A stretch of 64,000 bases of DNA from a bacterium. Its GTDB lineage: Bacteria > UBA8248. Below, piece by piece: positions 11,244-20,957 of the stretch. Location: positions 96,001-160,000 of the forward strand of contig CBDBZU010000004.1 of NCBI GenBank assembly GCA_965213625.1, written 5' to 3'. The notes below the pieces were generated by a model. The model searched no databases, had not been told where the DNA came from, and saw only the letters and a program-made list of their open reading frames with translations. The stretch's first letter is position 1, and each line of letters opens with the position of its first letter. A program made the translations under genes and the position numbers.

Positions 11244-11264
11244 TGGCGGCGCATGGCGCCGCCA
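11244..11264 (-). terminator. GC-rich hairpin just downstream of ssrA
   Basis: TGGCGGCGC-ATG-GCGCCGCCA perfect 9-bp stem; lacks a clear U tract. Confidence 0.45.
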
Positions 11265-11275
11265 GTATTGTATTT

Positions 11276-11636
11276 TGGTGGAGGCGGCGGGAATCGAACC
11301 CGCGTCCGCAAGGCTTCCGTCGTGAGCGTCTACGCGCGTAGCCGGTGGAAAGGGTTTCGCCCGGTCTCAAGCCCACCGGCGGGCCATCCTCCGGGCTAGT
11401 CCGATTAGATTTCGCCTAGCAGGCTCCGGACCGAAACCTGGGTCGGCTAGTCCGCATCATGACGTTCCGCACCTCCCCCGCGGACGAGGCGAGGGGGAAC
11501 GCTCGCTAGCGTTTAAGCAGCGAGAGCCAGCTCGTTGTCGGCTGGTGTGATTTTGCCACATTGATAACGGGGCCAAGTGGCGTCCCCGGCGCGCAGCTCA
11601 GACTTCAAATCCTCCCGTCGAAGCCAGATCGCCCCC
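11276..11636 (-). ncRNA. ssrA: tmRNA (one-piece), tag (A)ADNELALAA*
   Basis: 5' GGGGGCGATCTGGCTTCGAC and 3' GGACGCGGGTTCGATTCCCGCCGCCTCCACCA. Tag ORF at 11542-11513 ends LALAA-TAA. Lies next to smpB. Confidence 0.97.
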
Positions 11637-11697
11637 ATAAGAAATGAAGCAGAGGCTCCGAGGCGGCGATCATGGCCCCGGGCCCGTTTCTTATACG

Positions 11698-11904
11698 CTA
11701 TTTACGTCTCCTCCACATTTCGGGATAGAAGTCGTAGCTCAGATATGCGGCGGGGAGCAGGAATACCAGCCATATCCACAGCAGCCAGCCCTCGAAGGCT
11801 CCCGGCCAAGTAGCGCCTATGGCCAGACCGAACGCGGCCAACGAGATTTTCAGCAGACTCACCTGCCACCAGCGCATCGTGTAGTCCTTGAAAATGTGCA
11901 TCAT
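11698..11904 (-). CDS. Small membrane protein of unknown function (2 TM, 68 aa)
   Basis: Two hydrophobic Trp-rich segments and a basic C-terminus; the start overlaps the smpB stop (ATGA). Confidence 0.65.
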   Translation of the reverse strand: MMHIFKDYTMRWWQVSLLKISLAAFGLAIGATWPGAFEGWLLWIWLVFLLPAAYLSYDFYPEMWRRRK

Positions 11905-12368
11905 CCCCGGTTCCTCTCCCTCAGCGCGCGCTCAATCTCGCGGTTCGCGGTGCGTTTTTTCAGCTCCTCGCGGCGGTCGTGGAACTTCTTGCCCTTCCCC
12001 ACGCCAATCTCCACCTTCGCGCGGCCCCGGGCGAAATACATCTTCATTGGCACGAGCGTCATGCCCCGCTCGTTCACCCGGCCGATCAAGCGTCCAATCT
12101 CGCGCTTGTGGAGCAGCAGCTTTCGCCTGCGCGTGGGCTCGTGGTTGTTGATGTTGCCGTGTCCGTAGGGGCTGATGTGGCAATCGACCAGCCATGCTTC
12201 GCCGTTGATGATGTCGCCGAAGCTCTCTTTTAAGTTCGCGCGGCCCTCGCGGAGCGCCTTCACCTCCGTACCCGTGAGGACGAGGCCCGCCTCATAGGTC
12301 TCATCGATCGCATAATCGGCGCGGGCGCGCCTGTTCTCGGCAACGATTTTTATCCCGCCCGCCATCAC
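11901..12368 (-). CDS. smpB: SsrA-binding protein SmpB
   Basis: NRRARADY, EAGLVLTGTEVK, RKLLLHKREI and GKKFHDRRE motifs. Confidence 0.97.
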   Translation of the reverse strand: MMAGGIKIVAENRRARADYAIDETYEAGLVLTGTEVKALREGRANLKESFGDIINGEAWLVDCHISPYGHGNINNHEPTRRRKLLLHKREIGRLIGRVNERGMTLVPMKMYFARGRAKVEIGVGKGKKFHDRREELKKRTANREIERALRERNRG

Positions 12369-12529
12369 GACACCTCACGAATCCTGAGAAAAAGAAAAAG
12401 GAGCGCATCGCTCCCTGAGTCTCTCCCATATCGAGAAACAATATAGCCCTTCACGGAATTTTTCGCCACAAGGAAAAATTCATGGCTGAATCAATTATCG
12501 CCAATCAGACGTCAAGGAGGCTGGGAGGC

Positions 12530-14821
12530 TCAGGAGCGCTTTCTCCGCTTAATCGCCGCTTTACCCTTCTTCTTGCGCCGTGGGCTCGAGGGTTTCTTCT
12601 TCCCGGAGCGACGACGCTCGGTGGAAATCGCCGCGCGGCGCGATTCCGCCGCATCGCCGACCAACTCCCTCGTCCCGCCCGCCATCAACTGGAACGTGAC
12701 GCGTCGCGAGGCCAGCTCCACGCCCTCCACCCGCACCGTGACGGGATCGCCCAGGCGGAATCTGCGGCCGGTCCTTCGGCCCAGCACGGCGTGTTCCTCT
12801 GGTATATAGGCGTAGTAGTCATCCGTCATGAATTCGAGCGGGACCATGCCCTCCACAAAAATATCCTCTAATTCCACGAAAATCCCGAAATTCGCGACGC
12901 CCGAGACGTGTCCCCGAAAGCGCTCGCCGACCTTATCGCGCATGAAGAGCGCCTTCATGAAATCGACCATCTCGCGCGAGGCGGCCTCCGCAGTCCTGTC
13001 TCGCTCGGAAATATCTTGGCAAAGGGCGGCGAGCGGCTTCACCTGCGGCTTTCCGCCTTCGCCGTGAATGAGCCGCGCGAGCCTTCTGTGGACGCACAGG
13101 TCAGCGTATCGGCGGATGGGCGAGGTGAAATGCGTGTAGCGCTCGAAGCCCAGTCCGAAGTGAAGGGCGGGCGCCGCCTCATAGCGCGCAAGCTTCATGC
13201 TCCTGAGCGCCGCGAAGTTCACATAACGCTCCACGTCCGACCCCTCCACGGCGTCGAATACCTCCTGAAGCCCGCCGGGACGCTTGAGTTCCTCCAGACG
13301 CGGCGCTTTCATGCCCAGTTTTGAGAGAATCGCCCTTAAACCCTGGAGATTCTCCTCCGCCGGCGCCTCATGGACGCGGAAGACGGAAGCCCCGCCCGCG
13401 CAGGCGATATATTCCGCCACCGCCCGGTTCGCCGCCAGCATGCATTCTTCAATCAGGCGGTGCGCGGAAGTTCTGGGAGCGCGCTCTATGCCCGTCGGCA
13501 ATCCCTCCTTATCGAGCAGCACCTGGGCTTCGGGCAAATCGAAATCGAGACTGCCCCAGCGCATACGACCCGCGTGGAGCTTCTCCGCAAGCGCCGATAA
13601 CTCCCGGAGCGGTTCTTCGAGCGCGCGTGCGCTTTCCGCCTCGTTCACCTCTGGAATCTCCTCGCCTTCCAGAACCGCAGCCGCGCCGCGATAGGTCAAG
13701 GATGCGCGCGAGCGAATGCGCGCAAAGGTGAGGCGCATTTCCGATTGGTTCCCGTATCGGTCAAAATCGATGAAGACGCTCAAGGTCCTGCGAACGGCCC
13801 CCTCGCCCAGAGAACACACCTCGCCCGTGAGGCGGGGCGGCAGCATGGGCACTGCCCTGTCCGGGAGATAAACGCTCGTCCCCCGATCGAGGGCTTCTTT
13901 GTCTATCGCGCCGCCTGGTTTCACGTAATGGCCCACATCGGCGATGTGGACACCCAAGCGGCAGCCGCCGAACTTGAGTTTTTCTATAGAAACCGCGTCG
14001 TCACGGTCACGCGCGTCGAAAGGATCGATGGTGAACGCGCACAGATCCCTCAAATCTTCCACACCCTCCGGGAAAGGAGTATCCTCCCCCGGCGGAGATA
14101 TTTTCTTTTCCTCATCCAGAACTTTTTTTGGGAAATCCTCGCGTATTCCGTGCTTGGCGAGCACCATCCGCCCCTCCGCGGCGGGGTCTTCGGGATAGCC
14201 GAACGACCTCAGGATACGCCCTCTGGCGGGCTCTTTCTGCGTGGGATAGCGGGTAATCTCCACCTCCACCCACTCGCCCCGCTTCGCTCCTCCCCGCTCA
14301 CCTGCGCCCAGCACCACGAGGTGCGGTATGCGCCCTCCCTGGGGCTCCACCCACGCGCTACGTCCCTCCACGCAGAGCCTGCCCACCAGGGTTTCGTGCG
14401 CGCGCTCTATCACGTCGAGCACGGTGCCCTCGAGCCTCCCGTCGGGATGGACCTTCTCCACCCTGGCGGAGACCGTATCGCCGTCCATTGCGCCCCGTGT
14501 GCGGGTTTTCTTGATCATGATGTCGGGAGACTTTTCTTTATCGCCGGATTGGCCTGGAGCCACGAACCCGTAGCCTTGCGCGTGTCCCCGGAATCGCCCC
14601 TGGTATATGGAGAGGGAACCCGGCGTCGAATAGCGGCCGCGCACGCGGACGAGCGCACCCTCTTCCGCCATGACGCGCAGGCGTTTTCTGAGCGCAGGCC
14701 GCGCGTCGGAGGGTACTTCGAGCAGGCGCACGAGTTCTCGCACGGCCATCGGCCTGTCCTCACGGGCGATCAGGCGGAATATCTTCTTATCGTCTGGAAT
14801 TGCTGCCTGGTTGCGCCTCAT
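12530..14821 (-). CDS. rnr: Ribonuclease R
   Basis: TIDPFDARDRDDA, HIADV, RGTSVY and YTHFTSPIRRYADL motifs, S1 domain and basic tail. Confidence 0.95.
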   Translation of the reverse strand: MRRNQAAIPDDKKIFRLIAREDRPMAVRELVRLLEVPSDARPALRKRLRVMAEEGALVRVRGRYSTPGSLSIYQGRFRGHAQGYGFVAPGQSGDKEKSPDIMIKKTRTRGAMDGDTVSARVEKVHPDGRLEGTVLDVIERAHETLVGRLCVEGRSAWVEPQGGRIPHLVVLGAGERGGAKRGEWVEVEITRYPTQKEPARGRILRSFGYPEDPAAEGRMVLAKHGIREDFPKKVLDEEKKISPPGEDTPFPEGVEDLRDLCAFTIDPFDARDRDDAVSIEKLKFGGCRLGVHIADVGHYVKPGGAIDKEALDRGTSVYLPDRAVPMLPPRLTGEVCSLGEGAVRRTLSVFIDFDRYGNQSEMRLTFARIRSRASLTYRGAAAVLEGEEIPEVNEAESARALEEPLRELSALAEKLHAGRMRWGSLDFDLPEAQVLLDKEGLPTGIERAPRTSAHRLIEECMLAANRAVAEYIACAGGASVFRVHEAPAEENLQGLRAILSKLGMKAPRLEELKRPGGLQEVFDAVEGSDVERYVNFAALRSMKLARYEAAPALHFGLGFERYTHFTSPIRRYADLCVHRRLARLIHGEGGKPQVKPLAALCQDISERDRTAEAASREMVDFMKALFMRDKVGERFRGHVSGVANFGIFVELEDIFVEGMVPLEFMTDDYYAYIPEEHAVLGRRTGRRFRLGDPVTVRVEGVELASRRVTFQLMAGGTRELVGDAAESRRAAISTERRRSGKKKPSSPRRKKKGKAAIKRRKRS

Positions 14822-14833
14822 GAACGATTCAAC

Positions 14834-15496
14834 TTATTCGACATCGTGGACGAACACCTGGTGGCAGTCCACGATGCCGGCATCGGCGAGCTGCACGCAG
14901 GTCAGGCACCCGCCGTTTACGGCGCGCGTGTCTATCCCCAAATAATACGGGAGTCTGTTATTGAGCCCGTCTGTCTGCGTGTGCCCGAAGATGACGGGAT
15001 TTCCGAAATCATATTCCGCGTAAAGGAATTCCTCCCGTATCCAGACCATATCCATCGGGTCCTGTCGGTCGATGGGAACGCCCGGCCTCAAACCGGCATG
15101 CACGAAGATGAATCCGCGGCTCGTATGAATCCACTCGAGGGCATTGAAGAATTTCAGATGCTCAGGCGGCACCAGAACGTCGCCTCCCTCATCACGGTAG
15201 TTTTCCAGCGTCGCGTCGCCGCCGTTCATGAGGTAGACGCCCGAATAATAGTTCCCGCCGCCCGCGAGATAATCCAGGAGCATGTCCTCATGATTGCCCC
15301 GCAGGAAAACGGCTTTTGGGTATTCGCGCTTGAAGCGGAGCAGCAAATCGACCACGGCCTTGGAATCGCGACCCCTGTCAATGTAATCACCGAGAAAGAC
15401 GATCTGGTCCTCCTCCTGGAAGGGCACGCGCTCCACCAGGGCTTCGAGCATGTGAATCTGGCCGTGGATGTCGCCGACCGCGTAGAGGTTGGACAT
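14834..15496 (-). CDS. Calcineurin-like metallophosphoesterase (PrpA-like Ser/Thr phosphatase)
   Basis: GDIHG, GDYIDRG, LRGNHE, FVHAG and GHT motifs. Confidence 0.92.
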   Translation of the reverse strand: MSNLYAVGDIHGQIHMLEALVERVPFQEEDQIVFLGDYIDRGRDSKAVVDLLLRFKREYPKAVFLRGNHEDMLLDYLAGGGNYYSGVYLMNGGDATLENYRDEGGDVLVPPEHLKFFNALEWIHTSRGFIFVHAGLRPGVPIDRQDPMDMVWIREEFLYAEYDFGNPVIFGHTQTDGLNNRLPYYLGIDTRAVNGGCLTCVQLADAGIVDCHQVFVHDVE

Positions 15497-15514
15497 GACG
15501 AACGTGCACCTCCG

Positions 15515-18247
15515 CTACTTGAGCTCGCCCCAGTTATCGCCCGTGCTCACGTCCACGTCGAGGGGTACGCGTAATGGCATCGCGCCGCGCATCTCCTCTG
15601 CGACGAGGGCGGAGACGCTTTCGATCTCTGCGGGCGGTATCTCGAACAAGAGCTCATCGTGCACCTGGACGAGCATGCGCGCTTCTTTTTCTTCGCTCTT
15701 CAGGCGATCGGCGATGGCAATCATCGCGAGCTTGATGATGTCGGCGGCGCTGCCCTGGATCACCGAGTTCACCGCCGTCCGTTCGGCGGCGTTTTTCGCG
15801 TTGCGGTTCCGGCTGTTCAGATCGGGGAGATACCTGCGCCGCCCCATGATGGTGGAAACGTAGCCGCGCGTCCTGCCGCTCTCGATGGTCTCATCCACGA
15901 AGGCGGGCACGGAGGCGAAGCGCTCGAAATAGGTGTCGATGAACGAGCGGGCTTCTGACTGGGGGATGCCGATGGCCTGGGAAAGGCCAAAGGGCCCCTG
16001 CCCGTAGATGATCCCGAAATTCACCGCCTTGGCGACACGGCGCATCTCCGAGTCCACCCCGTCTAGGGCCACGCCGTAGACGGCCGAGGCGGTCGTTGCG
16101 TGGATGTCCTCTCCCTTGCCGAAGGCGTCGACGAGGGCCGGGTCGTTCGTGAAATGCGCCAGCACCCTCAGTTCAATCTGGCTGTAATCCGCGGATAGGA
16201 GCTTCCAGCCCTCCTCGGGCAGGAAGGCCCGGCGAATCTGGCGGCCCAGATCCGTGCGGATGGGGATGTTCTGCAGATTGGGGTCCGAACCGCTCAGCCG
16301 GCCCGTGGCGGCGACCGTCTGGTTGAAGCGCGCGTGGATGCGGCCCGTCCGCGGATTCACGAGTTCGGGCAGGGTATCCACATAGGTGCTCTTGAGCTTG
16401 GAGAGCTGTCTGAAACTCAGGATTTCCTGGGGCAAGGGGTGCTGCGGCGCCAGCCTCTCCAGCGTGTCGATGTCGGTGGAAGGCCCCGTTTTCGTCCTCT
16501 TGATCACGGGAAGGTTCAGCTTTTCGAACAGGATGACGCGCAGCTGCTTGGTGGAATTGATGTTGAACTCCTCGTCCGCCAGCCCGTGGATTTCGCTCGT
16601 CATCTGCTCAAGGCGCGTTTCGAGCTCCTTGCCCATGTTCTGCAGGAATTCCCGATCCAGCCGGATGCCCGCGCGCTCCATTTCGAGCAGCACGCGCAGG
16701 AGCGGGACTTCGAGTTCCTCGAAGAGGCTCACCAGCCCGTCGTTTTCGAGTTGCGGGGCCATCTCCTGGGCCAGGCGGTACGTGATATCCGCATCCTGGC
16801 AGGCGTAAGGGGCCGCCGCCTCGACCGGCACGTGGGAGAAGGGAATCTCCTTGGCACCCTTGCCGCAAAGATCGGCGTATTTGATGGTCGTCACCCCGAA
16901 ATACTCCAGCGCCAGATGGTCCATCCCGTGGCTCCGGCGGCTCGAGAGCAGGAGGTAAGAGGCGAGCATGGTGTCGAACAATGGGCCGCGAACCTCGCGG
17001 CCGGCCTCTTTGAGCACCGCGATGTCGTACTTGATGTTCTGGCCGATTTTCTCGATTTGAGTCGATTCCAGCAGCGGCGAGACCTCACGGAGCACGTCTT
17101 CGAGCGGAAGCTGGGGGCCTGCGTCCATCATCTCGTGTCCCACCGGCACGTAGAACGCGCGGCCGGCGGCGGCGGAGAAGCTGAAGCCCACGATGCGCGC
17201 CTTCATGGGGTCGAGCGATGTGGTCTCCAGGTCGAACGCGAAGCGCCCTGCCTTTTCGAGTTCTGCGAGCATCGACTTGAGATCATCGAGAGTTCTGATG
17301 GTGTGGTAGTCGCGCTCCTCCTCTACCGCTGGAGTAGCCGCCTCCTCTGCCGCGGCTTCTTCCCCCTCTGCTGCGCTGTAGCCGGGGAGTTGCTCGACGA
17401 TGTTCTTGAATTCAAGCTCCTCGAGGAAGAGTTTCCTGCCCGCCTCGATGTCGGCGTCGCCCAGACGGCACGATTCCAGGTCCCCTTCGAGCGCCAGGTC
17501 ACGCTTGATGGTGCAAAGCTCCCGCGAGAGCTTCGCCATCTCGACGTTTTCCTCGATGTTCTCCCGCTGCTTGGGACGTTTTATCTGATCCGTGGATGCG
17601 AGCACTTCTTCCAGCCCGCCGAACTGCTGGATGAGGGCGACGGCTGTTTTCTCCCCGATGCCCGGCACGCCCGGAATGTTGTCCGCCGTATCGCCCATGA
17701 GCGCCTGGATATCCACGAATTTCTCGGGCGGCACGCCCCATTTCGCTTCGATCTCCGCAGGCCCCATCTCCTCGTCCTTCATCGGGTCCCAGATGCGCAC
17801 GTTTTCAGTAACCAACTGGGCGAAATCCTTATCCGCCGTCACCAGGACGACCTCGAAATCCTCCGCCTCCGCGCGCGCGGCCAGCGTGCCGATGATGTCG
17901 TCGGCCTCGGCGCCCACCTGTACGAGCAGGGGAATCCGCAGCACCTCGACCACACGGTGCATGAACGGGATCTGCTCGACCAGGTCTTCCGGCGCCGCGT
18001 CGCGGTTACCCTTGTAGGCAGGGTAAATCTCGTGGCGGAAAGTGGGTTCGGGGCGATCGAAGGCGATGGCGACGTACTCGGGCGCGCGCTCGCGAATTAC
18101 CTTCAGGAGCATTCTGGCGAAGGCCAGCGTACCGCCCGTGGGCACGCCCTTCGAGTTCGAGAGCCGCTGGCGCATCGTGCCGTAATAGGCGCGGAACATG
18201 TAGCCCGAGCCGTCTATCAGAAAGATTCGTTTTTTATCTTCCGTCAT
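15515..18247 (-). CDS. polA: DNA polymerase I with apparently intact 3'-5' exonuclease motifs
   Basis: 5'-3' exonuclease domain; FDLET, NIKYD and YACQD exo motifs; DYSQIELR, KAVNFGIIYG and QVHDEL polymerase motifs. Confidence 0.97.
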   Translation of the reverse strand: MTEDKKRIFLIDGSGYMFRAYYGTMRQRLSNSKGVPTGGTLAFARMLLKVIRERAPEYVAIAFDRPEPTFRHEIYPAYKGNRDAAPEDLVEQIPFMHRVVEVLRIPLLVQVGAEADDIIGTLAARAEAEDFEVVLVTADKDFAQLVTENVRIWDPMKDEEMGPAEIEAKWGVPPEKFVDIQALMGDTADNIPGVPGIGEKTAVALIQQFGGLEEVLASTDQIKRPKQRENIEENVEMAKLSRELCTIKRDLALEGDLESCRLGDADIEAGRKLFLEELEFKNIVEQLPGYSAAEGEEAAAEEAATPAVEEERDYHTIRTLDDLKSMLAELEKAGRFAFDLETTSLDPMKARIVGFSFSAAAGRAFYVPVGHEMMDAGPQLPLEDVLREVSPLLESTQIEKIGQNIKYDIAVLKEAGREVRGPLFDTMLASYLLLSSRRSHGMDHLALEYFGVTTIKYADLCGKGAKEIPFSHVPVEAAAPYACQDADITYRLAQEMAPQLENDGLVSLFEELEVPLLRVLLEMERAGIRLDREFLQNMGKELETRLEQMTSEIHGLADEEFNINSTKQLRVILFEKLNLPVIKRTKTGPSTDIDTLERLAPQHPLPQEILSFRQLSKLKSTYVDTLPELVNPRTGRIHARFNQTVAATGRLSGSDPNLQNIPIRTDLGRQIRRAFLPEEGWKLLSADYSQIELRVLAHFTNDPALVDAFGKGEDIHATTASAVYGVALDGVDSEMRRVAKAVNFGIIYGQGPFGLSQAIGIPQSEARSFIDTYFERFASVPAFVDETIESGRTRGYVSTIMGRRRYLPDLNSRNRNAKNAAERTAVNSVIQGSAADIIKLAMIAIADRLKSEEKEARMLVQVHDELLFEIPPAEIESVSALVAEEMRGAMPLRVPLDVDVSTGDNWGELK

Positions 18248-18485
18248 GTCTCAACGCGTGAAAGAGGAAAGGAGGCGGTCCGGCCCCAAGTTTGCACGGA
18301 AGCACTTTTCCCGCAACCCGCAGCGGCGAACCCCTGTTCGCCTCGCCGCAGGGGTCTCTGCGGGCGGCCCATCCGTTTGCGGGTAAGGCTCGATGAGTGC
18401 GTACACCCGCAATTTTCAGAGGTGGAGGAGACCCGATAATTACAAGGCGCAATGGTTCCCGAAGTAAAAATCGTCTTCTCGCCGG

Positions 18486-19526
18486 CTAACCGATGACTTC
18501 GTCCCCCGTAATGGCCGCTTCGCCATAAACTTCGGGGTTGAAGACGTCATACGGCCGCTTTCCGACGATAAAACGCTCGATATTCATCACCGTGCGCAAG
18601 GCCATCTCCTCGCGCGTCTCTCGACCCGCGCTGCCCATGTGCGGGGTAAGGACGACGTTCGGCAGATCTTTAAGCCCCGCTATCGGCCCCGGATTGGGCT
18701 CGGGAACCTCGGTCTGATAGACGTCCAGCCCGGCGCCCCGGATTCGCTTTTCTCTCAGGGCTTTCTCCAGGGCCGCCTCGTCCAATACGAGGCCACGCGA
18801 AGTGTTGATCAGGATGGCGCTCGGCTTCATGAGAGAGATGAGGTGTTCGTCGATGAGACCCACCGTCTCTTTGGTGAGCGCCGGGGTCAACGCGATGAAA
18901 TCCGCTTCTCTGAACAAATCGTCCAGGGTGCGGAATTCGGCTGAACCGAGGACAAATTCCTCCGCCGGGCTCAGCGGGGTGCGCTTGTTATAGGTAATGC
19001 GCATATCGCATGCGGCGGCTTTGCGCGCCACCAGTTGCCCGATCCGGCCCATCCCGACGATTCCGAGCGTCTTGCCGAAGAGGCGCGTACCCATGAAAGC
19101 CATCGACTGATTCTGCCGCCAGCGGTCCTCCCGGAGGAACGTATCCGCCTCCGGCAATCGCCACGCCGTCGCCATCAAGAGGGCGAACGTGAATTCCGCG
19201 GTTGTTTTCTGTGTCATGCTTTTTTGGCCCGAGACCGGAATGTTGCGGCGCGTCGCCGCTGCAAAATCGATGAACTTCGCCGACCCGTGCATGACGGAGA
19301 CGAACTGCAACTCTTTCGCCGCGTCGAACACTCGCTCGTTGAAGGGAATCTCCCCGATGCCGAACAGAATGTGTTTGTCGCGCACGGCTTCGAGCAGCTC
19401 TGCTTCCGGAATCATGCGGTCGACGTGCGGATATGTGGTCACCTCGCCCAGAGTATCAAGCTTGGCGGCAGCGGCCTCCGGAATCGGTTGCGGCACAAAA
19501 ATTCTTTTCATGATTTTCCTTTCCAT
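18486..19526 (-). CDS. D-isomer-specific 2-hydroxyacid dehydrogenase (glyoxylate reductase-like)
   Basis: GIVGMGRIG, INTSRG, GLDVY and TPHMGS motifs. Confidence 0.9.
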   Translation of the reverse strand: MERKIMKRIFVPQPIPEAAAAKLDTLGEVTTYPHVDRMIPEAELLEAVRDKHILFGIGEIPFNERVFDAAKELQFVSVMHGSAKFIDFAAATRRNIPVSGQKSMTQKTTAEFTFALLMATAWRLPEADTFLREDRWRQNQSMAFMGTRLFGKTLGIVGMGRIGQLVARKAAACDMRITYNKRTPLSPAEEFVLGSAEFRTLDDLFREADFIALTPALTKETVGLIDEHLISLMKPSAILINTSRGLVLDEAALEKALREKRIRGAGLDVYQTEVPEPNPGPIAGLKDLPNVVLTPHMGSAGRETREEMALRTVMNIERFIVGKRPYDVFNPEVYGEAAITGDEVIG

Positions 19527-20063
19527 TATTTTGGAGCCGAAAAAAGTTCATACACAGAAAGTCGATCGGCCACATTTGCCGACGCGCGAGTCATCCTCAA
19601 TTCTGACTTGGTCGGCGGCTCCCGGCTATTCGGCTCCGCGACGGAAGCGCATGAAGGGCGGTTTACCCATTGCCGAGAGATGTCTAAGCAAGGTTCCGAC
19701 TGCACCGCCGGGTGTCGCAGACGCGATCTCCTCGAGCCCATCGACGTAGAACAGGCCACCATCCCTCCCTGCACGCTCATACCAAGACTCGAGGAAAACG
19801 GTATGCATGGATACAATGTACATGTTATCCACCCGGCTCTTGAACCACCCTACTCCGAGCGGGGAAGAATGACTACCTCTCCTCGGTATACTCGACTCCC
19901 CGCACCGTAGTTAGCGGCATCGGGCATACTTGGAAGTGAGGCGCGATTCCCCCTCTATCAAAAAAATTCCACTTCCCCTCTCCCCCGCATCCTTGCTATC
20001 CTGAATACGTTTCAATGAGTCGACTCCAAAAGCGCAAGACCAGTGGCAAGGAGGTTCCTGTCC

Positions 20064-20840
20064 ATGTCCGCAGAATGCTGCGATAATGTAGGGCAAATCA
20101 AAAGCGCCGTTCGAGAGCTCTATGCGAAAGTCGCCGCCGGGGAAGTTTCCTGCTGCGGGGAGGCGGACGCCGAGATGCCCATGGGCGCCGAAAACGTCGA
20201 TTGCATCGGATATTCGGCAGCGGTCGTGGAGGAACTTCCCCCGGACGTTTTAACCGCCAACGCGGGATGCGGGAATCCCATTGAGGACGCGCATCCCAAG
20301 CCGGGCGAGATGGTGCTAGATCTGGGCTCGGGCGCGGGGCTGGATTGTTTTCTCGCCGCGAAGGAGGTGGGGCCGGAGGGGAGCGTGATCGGCCTCGACA
20401 TGACGGACGCCATGCTGGAAAAAGCCGAGAGAAACAGACGGAACATGGGGCTTCAGAACGTCTCGTTCAGAAAGGGCGAAATGGAGAATATGCCCTTAGA
20501 AGACCAATCGGTCGACGTCATCAGCAGCAACTGTGTCATCAATCTCTCGCCGGACAAGACGGCTGTGTTCCGCGAATCTTTTCGCGTCTTGCGTCCGGGC
20601 GGGCGCTTCGTGGTGTCGGACGTCATACGGTCGGGCGATGCGTCGGGAGACGAAACCACCGAGTCACCCACAGAAGCCTCCATCGAGGATTGGTGCGCTT
20701 GCATCGCGGGCGCCATCAGCGAGGATGCGTACACCGCCGGTTTGCGCGAGGCCGGTTTCACCGACGTGGAAATCATTGGGCGTAAACCTTACGTTTCGCC
20801 TGAACTCGCGAGCGCGACCATCCGGGCCGTCAAGCCCTGA
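20064..20840 (+). CDS. arsM: Arsenite S-adenosylmethyltransferase (ArsM-like)
   Basis: [27 protein letters not shown] and WCACIAGA motifs; AAGGAGG RBS before ATG 20064. Confidence 0.8.
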   Translation: MSAECCDNVGQIKSAVRELYAKVAAGEVSCCGEADAEMPMGAENVDCIGYSAAVVEELPPDVLTANAGCGNPIEDAHPKPGEMVLDLGSGAGLDCFLAAKEVGPEGSVIGLDMTDAMLEKAERNRRNMGLQNVSFRKGEMENMPLEDQSVDVISSNCVINLSPDKTAVFRESFRVLRPGGRFVVSDVIRSGDASGDETTESPTEASIEDWCACIAGAISEDAYTAGLREAGFTDVEIIGRKPYVSPELASATIRAVKP

Positions 20841-20957
20841 CTTATCTACCTCCAGCCGAAGCAAAAAAATTGTGAATCCACAACCGGGCGGAAAGACGCC
20901 TTATCATTGACACCCCTCGTTCGCGGGTGCTAACAATCCGGTTCGGCTTTTCCCATC

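Noticed and set aside
1-11275. Treating the whole region downstream of ssrA as one integrated genomic island
   Set aside because: There is no integrase and no further ssrA fragment beyond 10347 within the window. Only the 0.9 kb islet is bounded.
11276-11312. tRNA-like 3' end (T-arm plus CCA) considered as a tRNA
   Set aside because: It is the tRNA-like domain of tmRNA; the tag ORF and 5' end are present.
19526-19910. Short minus-strand ORFs (68 and 96 aa) upstream of the 2-hydroxyacid dehydrogenase
   Set aside because: No motif or clear RBS. They could be a gene remnant but I cannot support a call.
20064-20840. Possible selenocysteine recoding in ArsM
   Set aside because: All conserved Cys positions are Cys codons and the terminal TGA falls at the normal family C-terminus.
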